Positions 47,613 through 56,684 of a stretch of DNA of 64,000 nt are shown in pieces. The notes beneath the pieces were generated by a model that made no database searches, had not been told where the DNA came from, and saw only the letters and a list, made by a program, of their open reading frames with translations. The stretch's first letter is position 1. The number at the start of each line of letters is the position of its first letter. Position numbers and translations under genes: made by a program. Source of the stretch: Bacteroidales bacterium (GTDB lineage Bacteria; Bacteroidota; Bacteroidia; Bacteroidales; G3-4614). Location: NCBI GenBank assembly GCA_036656055.1, contig JAVVOY010000004.1, positions 12,841 through 76,840 on the forward strand, given 5' to 3'.

Positions 47613-49421
47613 ATGACCCCACTGAGAGGTTATTTGAGATTTATATATACAAAACGGATAGTAAAAGATGTACTGCCATTTGTGTACGGAGCTACTGCTA
47701 CGCTCTCATTTATTCTTGCTTTAGTAACAGCAGCTATATTTATTTACAGGATAGGTGTGCCGATTACCGTGTATGAACGGTCACTGTTTATATCTACTTG
47801 CAACTCTATTGTAAAGTGGTATATTATTCTTGCTTTAATAAACTTGTTATGTAAGTTTCTGCTGAAGATAAGAATTGATAAGATTTCTACAAAAGTCGTA
47901 TATCTTCTGCTTTTTGCTAAAATGCTTCCAGCAATATTCTCTTCTTATGAGCCATATAACTGGTGGGAGACGGCGGTAAATTTCATCGATGGTTTTTATT
48001 ATACTCTATTCCTACTTGTTGTCGTTTCTACACTATACCTGTCGGTGGGATTTTCAAAGATTTTACAAGCCAACATCAATCCATCTAAAATTATATCTGT
48101 TGGTTTCCTTATTATAATATCTATCGGGGCAGGGCTATTAATGCTTCCCAATTCTTCAGTGGAAAGTGTTTCTGCTGTTGACGCATTTTTTATATCGTCG
48201 AGTGCGGTATGCGTGGTTGGGCTTACGCCGTTTCCTATTAACGAAGTTTTTACCGTGATGGGGCAAAGTATTATACTGCTTCTTATTCAGGTTGGCGGAA
48301 TAGGTATAATGACTTTAACATGTTTTTTTGTATTCCTTTTCAACGGTAATGTTTCAACGTATACGCAAATGTCCCTTAAGGATGCAGTGAGTTCAAATTT
48401 AAGAATATCGCTTGTCGGGATACTTAAGGGAATATTCTGGACAACTCTGTTTGTGGAGTTTATCGGGGCACTTATGATATGGATATCAGTACATGATACA
48501 CTGCCGGGGAGTATGTTATACAAAATATGGTTCTCGGTTTTCCATGCGATATCGGCATTTTGTAATGCAGGATTTTCTATTTTGCCTGAAAATTTAGGGT
48601 CACCTTTGATTGCAGGAAACAACGCGTTTTTTTGTGAAATATCTTCGCTTATTATATTAGGGGGATTGGGATTCCCGGTACTTATTAATGTTCTGTCTTT
48701 CGTAAAACTTAAAACATCGGCACTTTTCAGAGGGAAAAAGGTGTATATCCCGTTTAATCTCAACTCGCGCCTTGTGTTGGGCACAACTGCGCTGCTTATT
48801 ATTGGGGGCACTATATTCATCGCTTTTTTTGAGTGGAATAATGCTTTTGAGAATTTATCGGTAACGGAAAAGATAACGCAGGCATTTTTTAATTCTGTAA
48901 CACCCAGAACAGCTGGTTTTTCTTCGCTTCCACCTTCTGCATTCAGGATACAGACAGTGCTGCTTGTCATAATTCTTATGTGGATAGGAGGAGGGGCGCA
49001 ATCTACGGCTGGTGGTATAAAGGTAAACACGGTTGCACTGTTTTTTGCCGGATTGATCTCCGGAGCTAAGAGGAGTGATAAGATTGAACTTTCTGGCAGG
49101 CAGCTATCTAATGTGAGTTCAATACATGCAATGGCGGTAATCTTGCTCTCAATAGTGGTAATATTTTCGGCTACTATTGTAATATCATTTATGGAACCGA
49201 GGATTCCTGTGCTTAACCTATTTTATGAGGTGGTGTCGGCAATAAGTACAGTAGGGCTATCGTTAGATACTACACCCATGTTGAGTAATGGTGGCAAAAT
49301 ACTGATAATGATATTGATGTTCCTTGGTCGTATAGGTGTGATTACGGTTATATGGGGAATTATAAATGAGAAAAAACATGCTACATATAGCTACCCAACA
49401 GAGAACATAATCATCAATTAA
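47613..49421 (+). CDS. trkH: TrkH/KtrB-family potassium transporter, membrane subunit
   Basis: 602 aa polytopic protein. Repeated selectivity-filter-like segments (VVGLTP, VGGIGIMT, NAGFS, RTAGFS, GGGAQSTAGGIKV, VGLSL). Followed by a TrkA-type gene. The N-terminal ~110 aa form an extra hydrophobic extension. Confidence 0.9.
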   Translation: MTPLRGYLRFIYTKRIVKDVLPFVYGATATLSFILALVTAAIFIYRIGVPITVYERSLFISTCNSIVKWYIILALINLLCKFLLKIRIDKISTKVVYLLLFAKMLPAIFSSYEPYNWWETAVNFIDGFYYTLFLLVVVSTLYLSVGFSKILQANINPSKIISVGFLIIISIGAGLLMLPNSSVESVSAVDAFFISSSAVCVVGLTPFPINEVFTVMGQSIILLLIQVGGIGIMTLTCFFVFLFNGNVSTYTQMSLKDAVSSNLRISLVGILKGIFWTTLFVEFIGALMIWISVHDTLPGSMLYKIWFSVFHAISAFCNAGFSILPENLGSPLIAGNNAFFCEISSLIILGGLGFPVLINVLSFVKLKTSALFRGKKVYIPFNLNSRLVLGTTALLIIGGTIFIAFFEWNNAFENLSVTEKITQAFFNSVTPRTAGFSSLPPSAFRIQTVLLVIILMWIGGGAQSTAGGIKVNTVALFFAGLISGAKRSDKIELSGRQLSNVSSIHAMAVILLSIVVIFSATIVISFMEPRIPVLNLFYEVVSAISTVGLSLDTTPMLSNGGKILIMILMFLGRIGVITVIWGIINEKKHATYSYPTENIIIN

Positions 49422-49448
49422 TGTGGAAATATTATAAATAATAATGAT

Positions 49449-50138
49449 ATGAAGTACATTATCATCGGGTTAGGCAGTTATGGCAAGGCACTTGCAGAGG
49501 AGTTAATATCGGGCGGATATGAAGTTGTTGGGATTGACAATGATCCGGCAAAGGTGGAGGCGGTAAAAGATTTTATTCCATCGGTATTCCAACTGGATGC
49601 TACGGATAAGATATCGCTTTCGGTGGCAGATATCAAAAAGGATGATGTTTTCATCGTAGCTTTGGGCAAGAGGTTCGGAATGTCTATAAAAATTGCGGCA
49701 ACAATAAAGAGTTTGACAAAGAATCGTATCTATGTCAGAGCTATTGATAAACTGCATGAGGCCGTTCTGGAAGGACTAAACATTTCTGATATTCTTAACC
49801 CTGAAAAGGATTCGAGCCGTGTCTTTGTACAATCCTCCCCACTAAAGGGAAGAACTGAAATAATGAAAGTAGACGAGAAACACTCTATTATAAAGCTTAC
49901 TGCCTCAGAGAAGATAAATGGGATTACGATAGGGAAAAACGGATTCGATAAGTTTTCGCTTAAGGTGCTGATGATATCAAAACGGGTTGAAATAAAAAAC
50001 ATACTCGGTATATCATCTTCTACACAAAGGGTTATTGAGGATTTTAACGAAGATACCGTTATAAATACCGGAGATATGATTATTGTCTACGGTGAAAATG
50101 ATAATATACGATTGTATTGGGAGTATTACAGTAATTAA
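49449..50138 (+). CDS. trkA: TrkA/KtrA potassium uptake regulatory subunit (RCK N+C)
   Basis: 229 aa. Rossmann motif IIIGLGSYGKALAEEL...VVGIDND, and C-terminal TrkA_C-like region with GDMIIVYG. Confidence 0.9.
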   Translation: MKYIIIGLGSYGKALAEELISGGYEVVGIDNDPAKVEAVKDFIPSVFQLDATDKISLSVADIKKDDVFIVALGKRFGMSIKIAATIKSLTKNRIYVRAIDKLHEAVLEGLNISDILNPEKDSSRVFVQSSPLKGRTEIMKVDEKHSIIKLTASEKINGITIGKNGFDKFSLKVLMISKRVEIKNILGISSSTQRVIEDFNEDTVINTGDMIIVYGENDNIRLYWEYYSN

Positions 50139-50186
50139 TCGCTGGCTTTTAATTCATGCCGGCACTAAAAAAGAAAGTGAGAAATT

Positions 50187-51464
50187 TTGACTGAAATAGC
50201 TATAATATTTTTACTTATACTCATTAATGGAGTATTATCAATGTCAGAAATAGCACTTATTTCTTCACGAAAGAGTTTTCTGAAGAATGAGGCTGACAAA
50301 GGAGACAAGAGGGCAAAAACGGCGCTTAAACTATTCAACGATCCAGACAAATTTCTATCTACCGTACAGATAGGAATAACTGTTATCGGCATTCTTACTG
50401 GTATATATTCAGGGGACATTCTCTCTGGTAATTTTGCAGCGTGGCTAGAGAAAATAGGAATGCCGGCGACATACTGCCATATTACAGCACAGTCGGTAAT
50501 AGTGATTGCGGTAACTTATTTTACACTTATTTTTGGTGAACTTGTTCCTAAAAGGATAGGTATGAGCGTTGCAGAGAAGGTGGCGATTACGGTAGCCGGA
50601 ATGATGAATTTCTTATCTATTCTGGCTTCGCCGTTTGTAACGCTGCTTTCAAAAAGCACATCTGGCGTGCTGAGTTTGGCAGGCATAAAATATGACTCTG
50701 GGAAAATAACTGAAGAGGAGATACTTTCGATGATAAAAGAGGGACGGCGCGAGGGTGAAGTTCAGCAGGTGGAAGAAGATATTATGGGGCGTGTATTCTT
50801 GCTTGGAGACCTTAAGGCTGAATCGCTTATGACACACCGCAAGGATATAATATTTATTGAAGAGGATATGACGCGGGAGGAGATACTACCACTGATAGAG
50901 AAAAATGAATTTGAGATATTCCCGGTTTACAGCAGAGATAAAGATGATATTTTAGGGGTAATAACTATTAAGAGTCTGGCTGTTGAGATACAAAATAGGG
51001 TGATAGATATAAACCGGATTATAAACCCGGCTATCTATATACATGAAAATCTTGACGTTTACAAGGCGTTGAAGATGATGCGCGAGAAGAGAGTTAGCCA
51101 ACTACTTGTTTGCGATGAATTTGGGTCATTTAGAGGAATAATAACATTAAGGGATATAATGGAGGGGTTAGTTGGGACATTAGATCAGAATCCAAATGAA
51201 CAGCCTATAATAAAGTGTCAAGGACGCGATGGATGGCTTGTGGACGGACAGATGCCTTTCTACGATTTTCTATCTTTTTTTGATATGGGACAGTTGTTTG
51301 ATAACGGAATTTATAATACTGTTGCAGGACTGATTCTTGACAAACTTGAACATATTCCCCAGCCCGGCGAGAGGCTCTCGTGGAGATGTTTTGAGATGGA
51401 GATACATGAGATGGACGGAGCAAGAATAGATAAGGTTACCGTCTTACTCTCTGAAGGTAAATAA
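50187..51464 (+). CDS. CNNM/CorC-HlyC family transporter-associated protein (DUF21 + CBS pair + CorC_HlyC; annotated as hemolysin family)
   Basis: 425 aa, TTG start. DUF21 membrane domain LILINGVLSMSEIALISSRK, two CBS-like segments, and a C-terminal transporter-associated domain. Confidence 0.88.
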   Translation: MTEIAIIFLLILINGVLSMSEIALISSRKSFLKNEADKGDKRAKTALKLFNDPDKFLSTVQIGITVIGILTGIYSGDILSGNFAAWLEKIGMPATYCHITAQSVIVIAVTYFTLIFGELVPKRIGMSVAEKVAITVAGMMNFLSILASPFVTLLSKSTSGVLSLAGIKYDSGKITEEEILSMIKEGRREGEVQQVEEDIMGRVFLLGDLKAESLMTHRKDIIFIEEDMTREEILPLIEKNEFEIFPVYSRDKDDILGVITIKSLAVEIQNRVIDINRIINPAIYIHENLDVYKALKMMREKRVSQLLVCDEFGSFRGIITLRDIMEGLVGTLDQNPNEQPIIKCQGRDGWLVDGQMPFYDFLSFFDMGQLFDNGIYNTVAGLILDKLEHIPQPGERLSWRCFEMEIHEMDGARIDKVTVLLSEGK

Positions 51465-51539
51465 TTGGGTGGTAAGCCAACTACGAAGAGTGTTAAATAT
51501 AATCTGGACACTTATTTGTTTTATATAAAGGATTTATGT

Positions 51540-51547
51540 TACATTTG
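51540..51547 (+). promoter_or_regulatory. Bacteroidota -7 promoter box TACATTTG upstream of the 131-aa ORF
   Basis: Exact TAnnTTTG match 8 nt upstream of the ATG at 51556, which implies a near-leaderless mRNA. Confidence 0.45.
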
Positions 51548-51555
51548 TAATTGTT

Positions 51556-51951
51556 ATGAAAGGGCTTATTACGATATTGGCAGCATTTTTTACTCTTTTA
51601 GCCATAAATTCGGCGGTAGAAAGTGCAAAGTTAGGGATAGAGACGAAAACTTCTAATGAATACTCGCTTTCTTCTCCTGAAAATGCTCCATCGCACAACC
51701 CTGTAATCTCTCTCTCTGTGGCAACCATTCCGGCAAGCGCAATACTTGACCTTCGCAACAACATGAATCCCGATTGCCGCACAACACAACGTAATATTAA
51801 ATCTGCAATAGGAGATATTATTAGGTTTGCCTCCTCTTTTAACAACACACTTACAATCCAAAACGAGGCACTAAATGATGGGAGTTCAGAAAACATAACA
51901 AAGTATCTATGTGGATACTATATTTTTGCTACACGCCATATACTGATATAG
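51556..51951 (+). CDS. Hypothetical secreted protein (131 aa)
   Basis: Signal-peptide-like N-terminus MKGLITILAAFFTLLAINSAVESA and a promoter box just upstream. I recognise no family. An ORF of similar size exists on the opposite strand, so coding status is not certain. Confidence 0.5.
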   Translation: MKGLITILAAFFTLLAINSAVESAKLGIETKTSNEYSLSSPENAPSHNPVISLSVATIPASAILDLRNNMNPDCRTTQRNIKSAIGDIIRFASSFNNTLTIQNEALNDGSSENITKYLCGYYIFATRHILI

Positions 51952-52013
51952 CTTTTGAGATAAATGACGAGGATTAAATGTCTATCCGTCAAACTTTATC
52001 TATATATTAAAAT

Positions 52014-52033
52014 GGGGAATACTTTCCCTTTTT
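52014..52033 (+). terminator. Small intrinsic terminator-like hairpin between the two hypothetical genes
   Basis: GGGAA (52015-52019), 4-nt loop, TTCCC (52024-52028), followed by T5 (52029-52033). Confidence 0.45.
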
Positions 52034-52065
52034 CAGTAATTTTATATTAAAAGCTAAATCTAAAA

Positions 52066-52587
52066 ATGGATACAAAAAATATAACAGAGTCCCTACTTTC
52101 TAATTCTGAGAATATAGAAAAATGCACAAATATTAAGGCTATACTTATTTCAGCTATCACTGTGGCTGCAGGTGTTGTAGCATTGTTGTCGATAAGGGGG
52201 GGCAGACACGCTGCTTCGGTAGATATGTTTATGCTGCTTGCCGGAATTGCCGTAATCGGATTCGGGATTATATATTTGGCAAGGAACCACAAAAAGGTTA
52301 TATACAAGCCGACAAAATGCTCAATAGAGACTAAAGAGGTGCATTTCGACGGATTTGCCCGCAAGAAACTGATAGATATTCTCGAAAACGGAAAATTCAA
52401 TTTCAGTGATGTTAAACGATATCATAGCGGATCAATCAGGCTCGACCTTATGCGTTCGGCGGACGGCTCTTTTACGGCAGCTCAAATATTTGAATTTATT
52501 CCATATTCGTACACTCCTGTAACTGAAATATACTCTTTTGACAAGGATAATGGGAATGAACTCTGGAACAGCGTTAACCCTGAATAG
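52066..52587 (+). CDS. Hypothetical membrane protein (173 aa, two predicted TM helices)
   Basis: TM-like segments AILISAITVAAGVVALLSI and MFMLLAGIAVIGFGIIYLA, followed by a ~95-aa soluble domain. I recognise no family. Confidence 0.55.
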   Translation: MDTKNITESLLSNSENIEKCTNIKAILISAITVAAGVVALLSIRGGRHAASVDMFMLLAGIAVIGFGIIYLARNHKKVIYKPTKCSIETKEVHFDGFARKKLIDILENGKFNFSDVKRYHSGSIRLDLMRSADGSFTAAQIFEFIPYSYTPVTEIYSFDKDNGNELWNSVNPE

Positions 52588-52615
52588 CCTTATTTTTTAA
52601 CAATATACTGGTATT

Positions 52616-52654
52616 AAAAAATCCGCAATCTTATCACTTTAGGATTGCGGATTT
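52616..52654. terminator. Bidirectional terminator hairpin between the hypothetical gene (+) and the tRNA-Asn pair (-)
   Basis: 12-bp stem AAATCCGCAATC (52619-52630) / GATTGCGGATTT (52643-52654), flanked by an A5 run on the plus strand (a T run for minus-strand transcripts) and by ATATTT downstream. Confidence 0.7.
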
Positions 52655-52789
52655 ATATTTAGTAATTCTACGTATAATTATAATTGCTCTATAAATGGAT
52701 ATTGTGGATGAAAACTATTATCCTAAGACAATGCTACAACAAAGAATATTAATAAAACAAAGAGAGAATCTTCTCGCAAAGACCCTCTC

Positions 52790-52866
52790 TGGCGCTTCAG
52801 GATGGACTTGAACCAACGACCCTCTGATTAACAGTCAGATGCTCTAACCAACTGAGCTACTGAAGC
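52790..52866 (-). tRNA. tRNA-Asn (anticodon GTT), copy 1, CCA encoded
   Basis: The reverse complement folds as acceptor GCTTCAG/CTGAAGC, D arm GCTC-AGTTGGTTA-GAGC, anticodon arm TCTGA-CTGTTAA-TCAGA, T arm GTTGG-TTCAAGT-CCATC (one T-T mismatch), discriminator G, then CCA. Confidence 0.88.
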
Positions 52867-52885
52867 ATAAACTATGAAAAAACAG

Positions 52886-52959
52886 CTCTTCAGGTTGGAC
52901 TTGAACCAACGACCCTCTGATTAACAGTCAGATGCTCTAACCAACTGAGCTACTGAAGA
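52886..52959 (-). tRNA. tRNA-Asn (anticodon GTT), copy 2, no CCA
   Basis: Same body as copy 1, but acceptor TCTTCAG/CTGAAGA and a perfect T stem GTTGG/CCAAC. A 19-nt spacer separates it from copy 1. Confidence 0.9.
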
Positions 52960-52988
52960 AGATTTACATTCTGGTTTAAAATGCAGCG

Positions 52989-52996
52989 CAAAAGTA
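52989..52996 (-). promoter_or_regulatory. Bacteroidota -7 promoter box (TACTTTTG on minus strand) for the tRNA-Asn pair
   Basis: Plus strand CAAAAGTA; the reverse complement fits TAnnTTTG. About 30 nt upstream of the 5' end of tRNA-Asn copy 2. Confidence 0.5.
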
Positions 52997-53228
52997 ATGC
53001 CTATTTTCCAAATATGCAATATATTCGGGAGTTTTTTTGTTTTTGATGCTTTATGAAAAAGGGTGCACAACGCGGAAAGGAACGGGATATTGACTTATGC
53101 ACACTGAAATAATTAGAAATAGAATTTATTCCGGCTCTAAATTTACGTTAAAATATAAATTATTGCCGAACAATAACGGGAAGTTTAATTACCTTAGCGG
53201 TTTGAAATCTGTAAATTATAGATTAATT

Positions 53229-54905
53229 ATGCCTAAAATAAAATATTCTATTGCAACACGTATTTGCGTCCTGTGTCTTAGTGTAGTAATTCTTTCGTCG
53301 GCAGCTCCCGGCAAAAAGAGTTTTGACATAAGCAAGAATCTCGACATTTTCAACTCTATCGTAAAAGAATTGTCGGTTTTTTATGTTGACTCAATAGATG
53401 CTGATAAGGTTATTGGAAATGGGATAAAATCGATGTTATATTCTCTTGACCCCTACACAAATTATATTCCTGAAGATAAAAGTGAAGACTTCAAATTTAT
53501 GACAACCGGTGAGTACGCCGGTATAGGAGCACTGATTTCGGGGCGCGACAGCCTTATATATATCGCCGAACTTTATTACGGAAATCCTGCCCAAACAGAT
53601 GGACTAAAAGTGGGTGATAAAATCACAGCCATAGACGGTGAATCTATGATAGGTAAAAGCACTGATTATGCAAGCAACCGACTGCGCGGAAAAGCTAATA
53701 CAACGGTTATTGTAAAGGTTTTGCGCCCTGGGAGCAATGAGGAGATGGATATATCTATCACAAGAAAAAAAATATATGTTCCAGCTGTCCCGTACTATGG
53801 CATTATCGGGGATAATACCGGATATATCTATCTCAACAATTTTAACGATAAAGCCGCATCGGAGGTTAAAGCTGCACTTAAGGAACTTATCAAAAATAAT
53901 AATATTAAATCATTGGTCTTAGATCTCAGAGATAACCCCGGCGGTATTCTGGATGAGGCGATTGAGGTTGTAAATCTTTTCGTCCCTAAAGGGAAAACCG
54001 TTCTTGAAACCCGTGGGAAGATAGACCAATGGAATAAGGTCTACAAAACTACCCAAGCTCCGATAGACAGCACACTTCCATTGGCAGTATTGGTTAGTGG
54101 GGAGTCAGCTTCAGCTTCTGAGATAGTGTCAGGAGCTCTACAAGATTTCGACCGAGCGGTTATAATAGGGGAAAGAACTTATGGCAAAGGTCTGGTGCAA
54201 TCAACACGTCCCCTTCCGTACAAAGGGACGCTGAAAGTTACAACATCAAAATATTATATTCCAAGCGGAAGACTTATTCAAGCGATAGATTATTCTCAAC
54301 GGAATGCCGATGGAAGTGTAGCGCGTATTCCAGATTCGCTGACCAACGAATTTAGGACAGCAGGAGGACGTATTGTTCGTGACGGCGGAGGTATTACTCC
54401 AGACATAAATATAGAGGCTGAAAAGGTGGGGAATATAATATTCTACTTAACAAAAGATATGATCTTATTTGATTACGTCACGGATTATGTGCTGAAACAT
54501 CCTGTAATACCTCCGGTTGAAGAGTTTGTATTCTCTGATGAAGATTATAAAGACTTTAAAACATTTGTAAAAAGTCACAACTTCAAATATGACAGGCAAA
54601 GCGAAAAGGCACTGAAAAACCTAAAAGAGATAGCTGAATTTGAAGGATATATGGATGAGGCTTCTGAAACTTTCGCTACCCTTGAAAAACAACTTGCACA
54701 TAATCTTGACAAGGACCTTGAAACTTTCAGAAAAACAATAACAAATGCTATTACGGCAGAGATCATCCAACGTTATTATTACACTAAGGGAGGGATACAG
54801 CAGATACTGAAAGACGACAAATACACTAAAAAGAGCATTGAAATACTTAGCAACCCGGTAGAATATAAGAATATTATTTCCGTTTCTAAAAAGAATAAAA
54901 AATAG
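53229..54905 (+). CDS. S41-family C-terminal processing peptidase (PDZ domain)
   Basis: Signal/anchor MPKIKYSIATRICVLCLSVVILSSAAPG. PDZ segment GLKVGDKITAIDGESM. Catalytic Ser context SGESASASEIVSGAL and Lys context GERTYGKGLVQ. Preferred start is the ATG at 53229; the track start at 53097 adds 44 non-signal residues. Confidence 0.92.
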   Translation: MPKIKYSIATRICVLCLSVVILSSAAPGKKSFDISKNLDIFNSIVKELSVFYVDSIDADKVIGNGIKSMLYSLDPYTNYIPEDKSEDFKFMTTGEYAGIGALISGRDSLIYIAELYYGNPAQTDGLKVGDKITAIDGESMIGKSTDYASNRLRGKANTTVIVKVLRPGSNEEMDISITRKKIYVPAVPYYGIIGDNTGYIYLNNFNDKAASEVKAALKELIKNNNIKSLVLDLRDNPGGILDEAIEVVNLFVPKGKTVLETRGKIDQWNKVYKTTQAPIDSTLPLAVLVSGESASASEIVSGALQDFDRAVIIGERTYGKGLVQSTRPLPYKGTLKVTTSKYYIPSGRLIQAIDYSQRNADGSVARIPDSLTNEFRTAGGRIVRDGGGITPDINIEAEKVGNIIFYLTKDMILFDYVTDYVLKHPVIPPVEEFVFSDEDYKDFKTFVKSHNFKYDRQSEKALKNLKEIAEFEGYMDEASETFATLEKQLAHNLDKDLETFRKTITNAITAEIIQRYYYTKGGIQQILKDDKYTKKSIEILSNPVEYKNIISVSKKNKK

Positions 54906-54907
54906 GT

Positions 54908-55444
54908 ATGGGACATCCGTTGGAAATTTTCAGATTCTGTCCGGCATGCGGATCGACAAAATTTGTTGTAAACAACATTTATTCAAAACGTTGTGAGGAG
55001 TGTGGATTTGTATATTATGCCAATCCTAAAGCAGCAACTGTCGCCCTGATTGTGAATAAAAACGGGGAGTTGCTCGTATGCAGGCGCGCAAAGGACCCTT
55101 CGAAGGGAACATTAGATCTTCCCGGAGGTTTCACTGATATAGGAGAAAGTGCTGAAGAGGGCGTAAAAAGAGAGGTTAAAGAAGAGACCGGATTAGATGT
55201 AACTCATGCAAAATACCTCTTTTCAAAGCCTAATATCTACCCTTTTTCCGGGATGATAGAACACACAATGGATCTATTCTTCCTATGCAAAGTAGACTCT
55301 ACGGAAAATATATTAGCGCACGATGATGTTGCAAATACAGAGTTTATTCCGATAGAAAAACTTAATCCTTCTGATTTCGGGTTGGCTTCAATTCGCGAAG
55401 CGGTAGAGGAGATAGTAAAGTATGGCATACAGAAATTTAACTAA
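54908..55444 (+). CDS. NUDIX hydrolase with N-terminal zinc ribbon
   Basis: 178 aa. CPACGS...CEECG zinc ribbon. Nudix box GGFTDIGESAEEGVKREVKEETGL. Confidence 0.9.
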   Translation: MGHPLEIFRFCPACGSTKFVVNNIYSKRCEECGFVYYANPKAATVALIVNKNGELLVCRRAKDPSKGTLDLPGGFTDIGESAEEGVKREVKEETGLDVTHAKYLFSKPNIYPFSGMIEHTMDLFFLCKVDSTENILAHDDVANTEFIPIEKLNPSDFGLASIREAVEEIVKYGIQKFN

Positions 55445-55580
55445 TAGGCTATTAAACTGCTCCCCCTCAATCAAATAAATTAAAGCGACGAATCATGTAT
55501 TTGTAAATTATCTGAAAAATAAAAAGAGATAATTTCGATAAAACAAGATACAAAAAGCGATGGATAACCCTACACCTTAC

Positions 55581-55627
55581 CACTATTGCATATAGTTATT
55601 ATATACATGACAATAGTGTATTTTTTA
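55581..55627 (+). terminator. Hairpin plus T run in the convergent spacer
   Basis: CACTATTG (55581-55588) / CAATAGTG (55611-55618) with a 22-nt loop, followed by TATTTTTTA. About 140 nt downstream of the NUDIX stop. Confidence 0.35.
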
Positions 55628-55723
55628 TTCCCCGAACAGGTAAATTTTTAAAGATTTTATGGTATTCCGTTTTAGAAAAAGAGAGCAATAATTACAACAT
55701 AAAGGGATATTCTGTAAACTTAC

Positions 55724-56560
55724 CTAAATAATTGAAAGGACTTCAATCTCTGCGCCTCTGAGTTTTGCGGCTATATCGGAGAATGAACTGTAAAAACTTC
55801 CATATATCTTTGCTGTACACGAGAGTATATACATATCTTCTACCGCAGACTCTATTCCTTCTATGCAGTTTCGACGACAATCCGAAGAGCGCGTTATTAT
55901 CCTTCCACCGAATCTATTTTTGAGCAACTCCTTCTCCTTCTCATCGTCCGATGCAACATAAAATTTTACATCGGGAAACGCCTGTATCTCTCTCTGCATA
56001 GCATCCATAAACAGCTTTATCGGTGATTGCTCTATGGCGAGTGTGTTGTCTGTCCTACGTATATGCACACCAACCGTCCTTGAGGCAAAATTTGCATCTA
56101 CAAAATTACACACAGCTTCTTGCAAACGTTGTGTCGGGACGAAGTTACGAGCCAGAGCTTCAGATGCGTGACCGAAGTCATAGCAACTCTCAACAAATAT
56201 CCTTCCTCCCGATCTAAGAGTATCGCCAAGTAGATTGTTATCTCTAAGCCTTATAAATTCGTCGTAGTATATAATACGGTCAAAGTATAAACGAGACGTA
56301 ATATACGGAATCCAAAGGTTATTTCTACGTGGCGAGTTGTATAAGAAACGGGAATAAGGCTTCGACTCTTCAATTGAAACCATAGAATCTTGAATAGGAA
56401 TAAAAAGCGAAGAAAAAGGCGCATTTAATTCAAAATTAGCAAACCATACCACATTTAGAGGAATTGCTGTCTCTCGTGTAAACTCTACCATTGAATTTAC
56501 CGCTCGCATACGGTTTGCAAGACCTCCGTAAGGTGTAAGCCATATTTCATTCGACCGCAT
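55724..56560 (-). CDS. Fucosyltransferase-like glycosyltransferase (GT11/NodZ-type superfamily), stand-alone
   Basis: 278 aa. N-terminal GGLANRM (compare the GGLGNQM motif of alpha-1,2-FucTs), central VGVHIRRTDN (compare HxRRGD) followed by YVASDD, and C-terminal GSFYSSFSDIAA (compare STFSWWAA). Assigned by motif only. Confidence 0.5.
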   Translation of the reverse strand: MRSNEIWLTPYGGLANRMRAVNSMVEFTRETAIPLNVVWFANFELNAPFSSLFIPIQDSMVSIEESKPYSRFLYNSPRRNNLWIPYITSRLYFDRIIYYDEFIRLRDNNLLGDTLRSGGRIFVESCYDFGHASEALARNFVPTQRLQEAVCNFVDANFASRTVGVHIRRTDNTLAIEQSPIKLFMDAMQREIQAFPDVKFYVASDDEKEKELLKNRFGGRIITRSSDCRRNCIEGIESAVEDMYILSCTAKIYGSFYSSFSDIAAKLRGAEIEVLSII

Positions 56561-56651
56561 ATAAAATATCTTATACTATTTCTCTTTACTCGTACAAAAA
56601 TAACTAAAATTATCGTCCTGTAAAAGATTTATTCCCTGTTTAAATTTTTAG

Positions 56652-56659
56652 TATCTTCG
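56652..56659 (+). promoter_or_regulatory. Near-consensus -7 promoter box TATCTTCG upstream of mutS
   Basis: GTATCTTCGCA, the same 11-mer context as upstream of tyrS. Lies 26 nt upstream of the mutS ATG (56685). Confidence 0.45.
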
Positions 56660-56684
56660 CATCATATAAAAAAATTCTTGTAAA

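Noticed and set aside
48287-49030. 247-aa ORF antisense to trkH.
   Set aside because: It is embedded opposite a polytopic transporter gene with clear selectivity-filter repeats, and has no features of its own.
50187-51464. The 'hemolysin family' protein as a toxin.
   Set aside because: Its domain layout (DUF21 + CBS pair + CorC_HlyC) is that of CNNM/CorC-type divalent-cation transport proteins. The hemolysin name is historical.
51534-51896. 120-aa minus-strand ORF overlapping the 131-aa hypothetical gene.
   Set aside because: The plus-strand ORF has a TACATTTG box 8 nt upstream, a clean signal peptide and a downstream terminator. The minus-strand ORF has none of these. Neither is confirmed, so the rejection is tentative.
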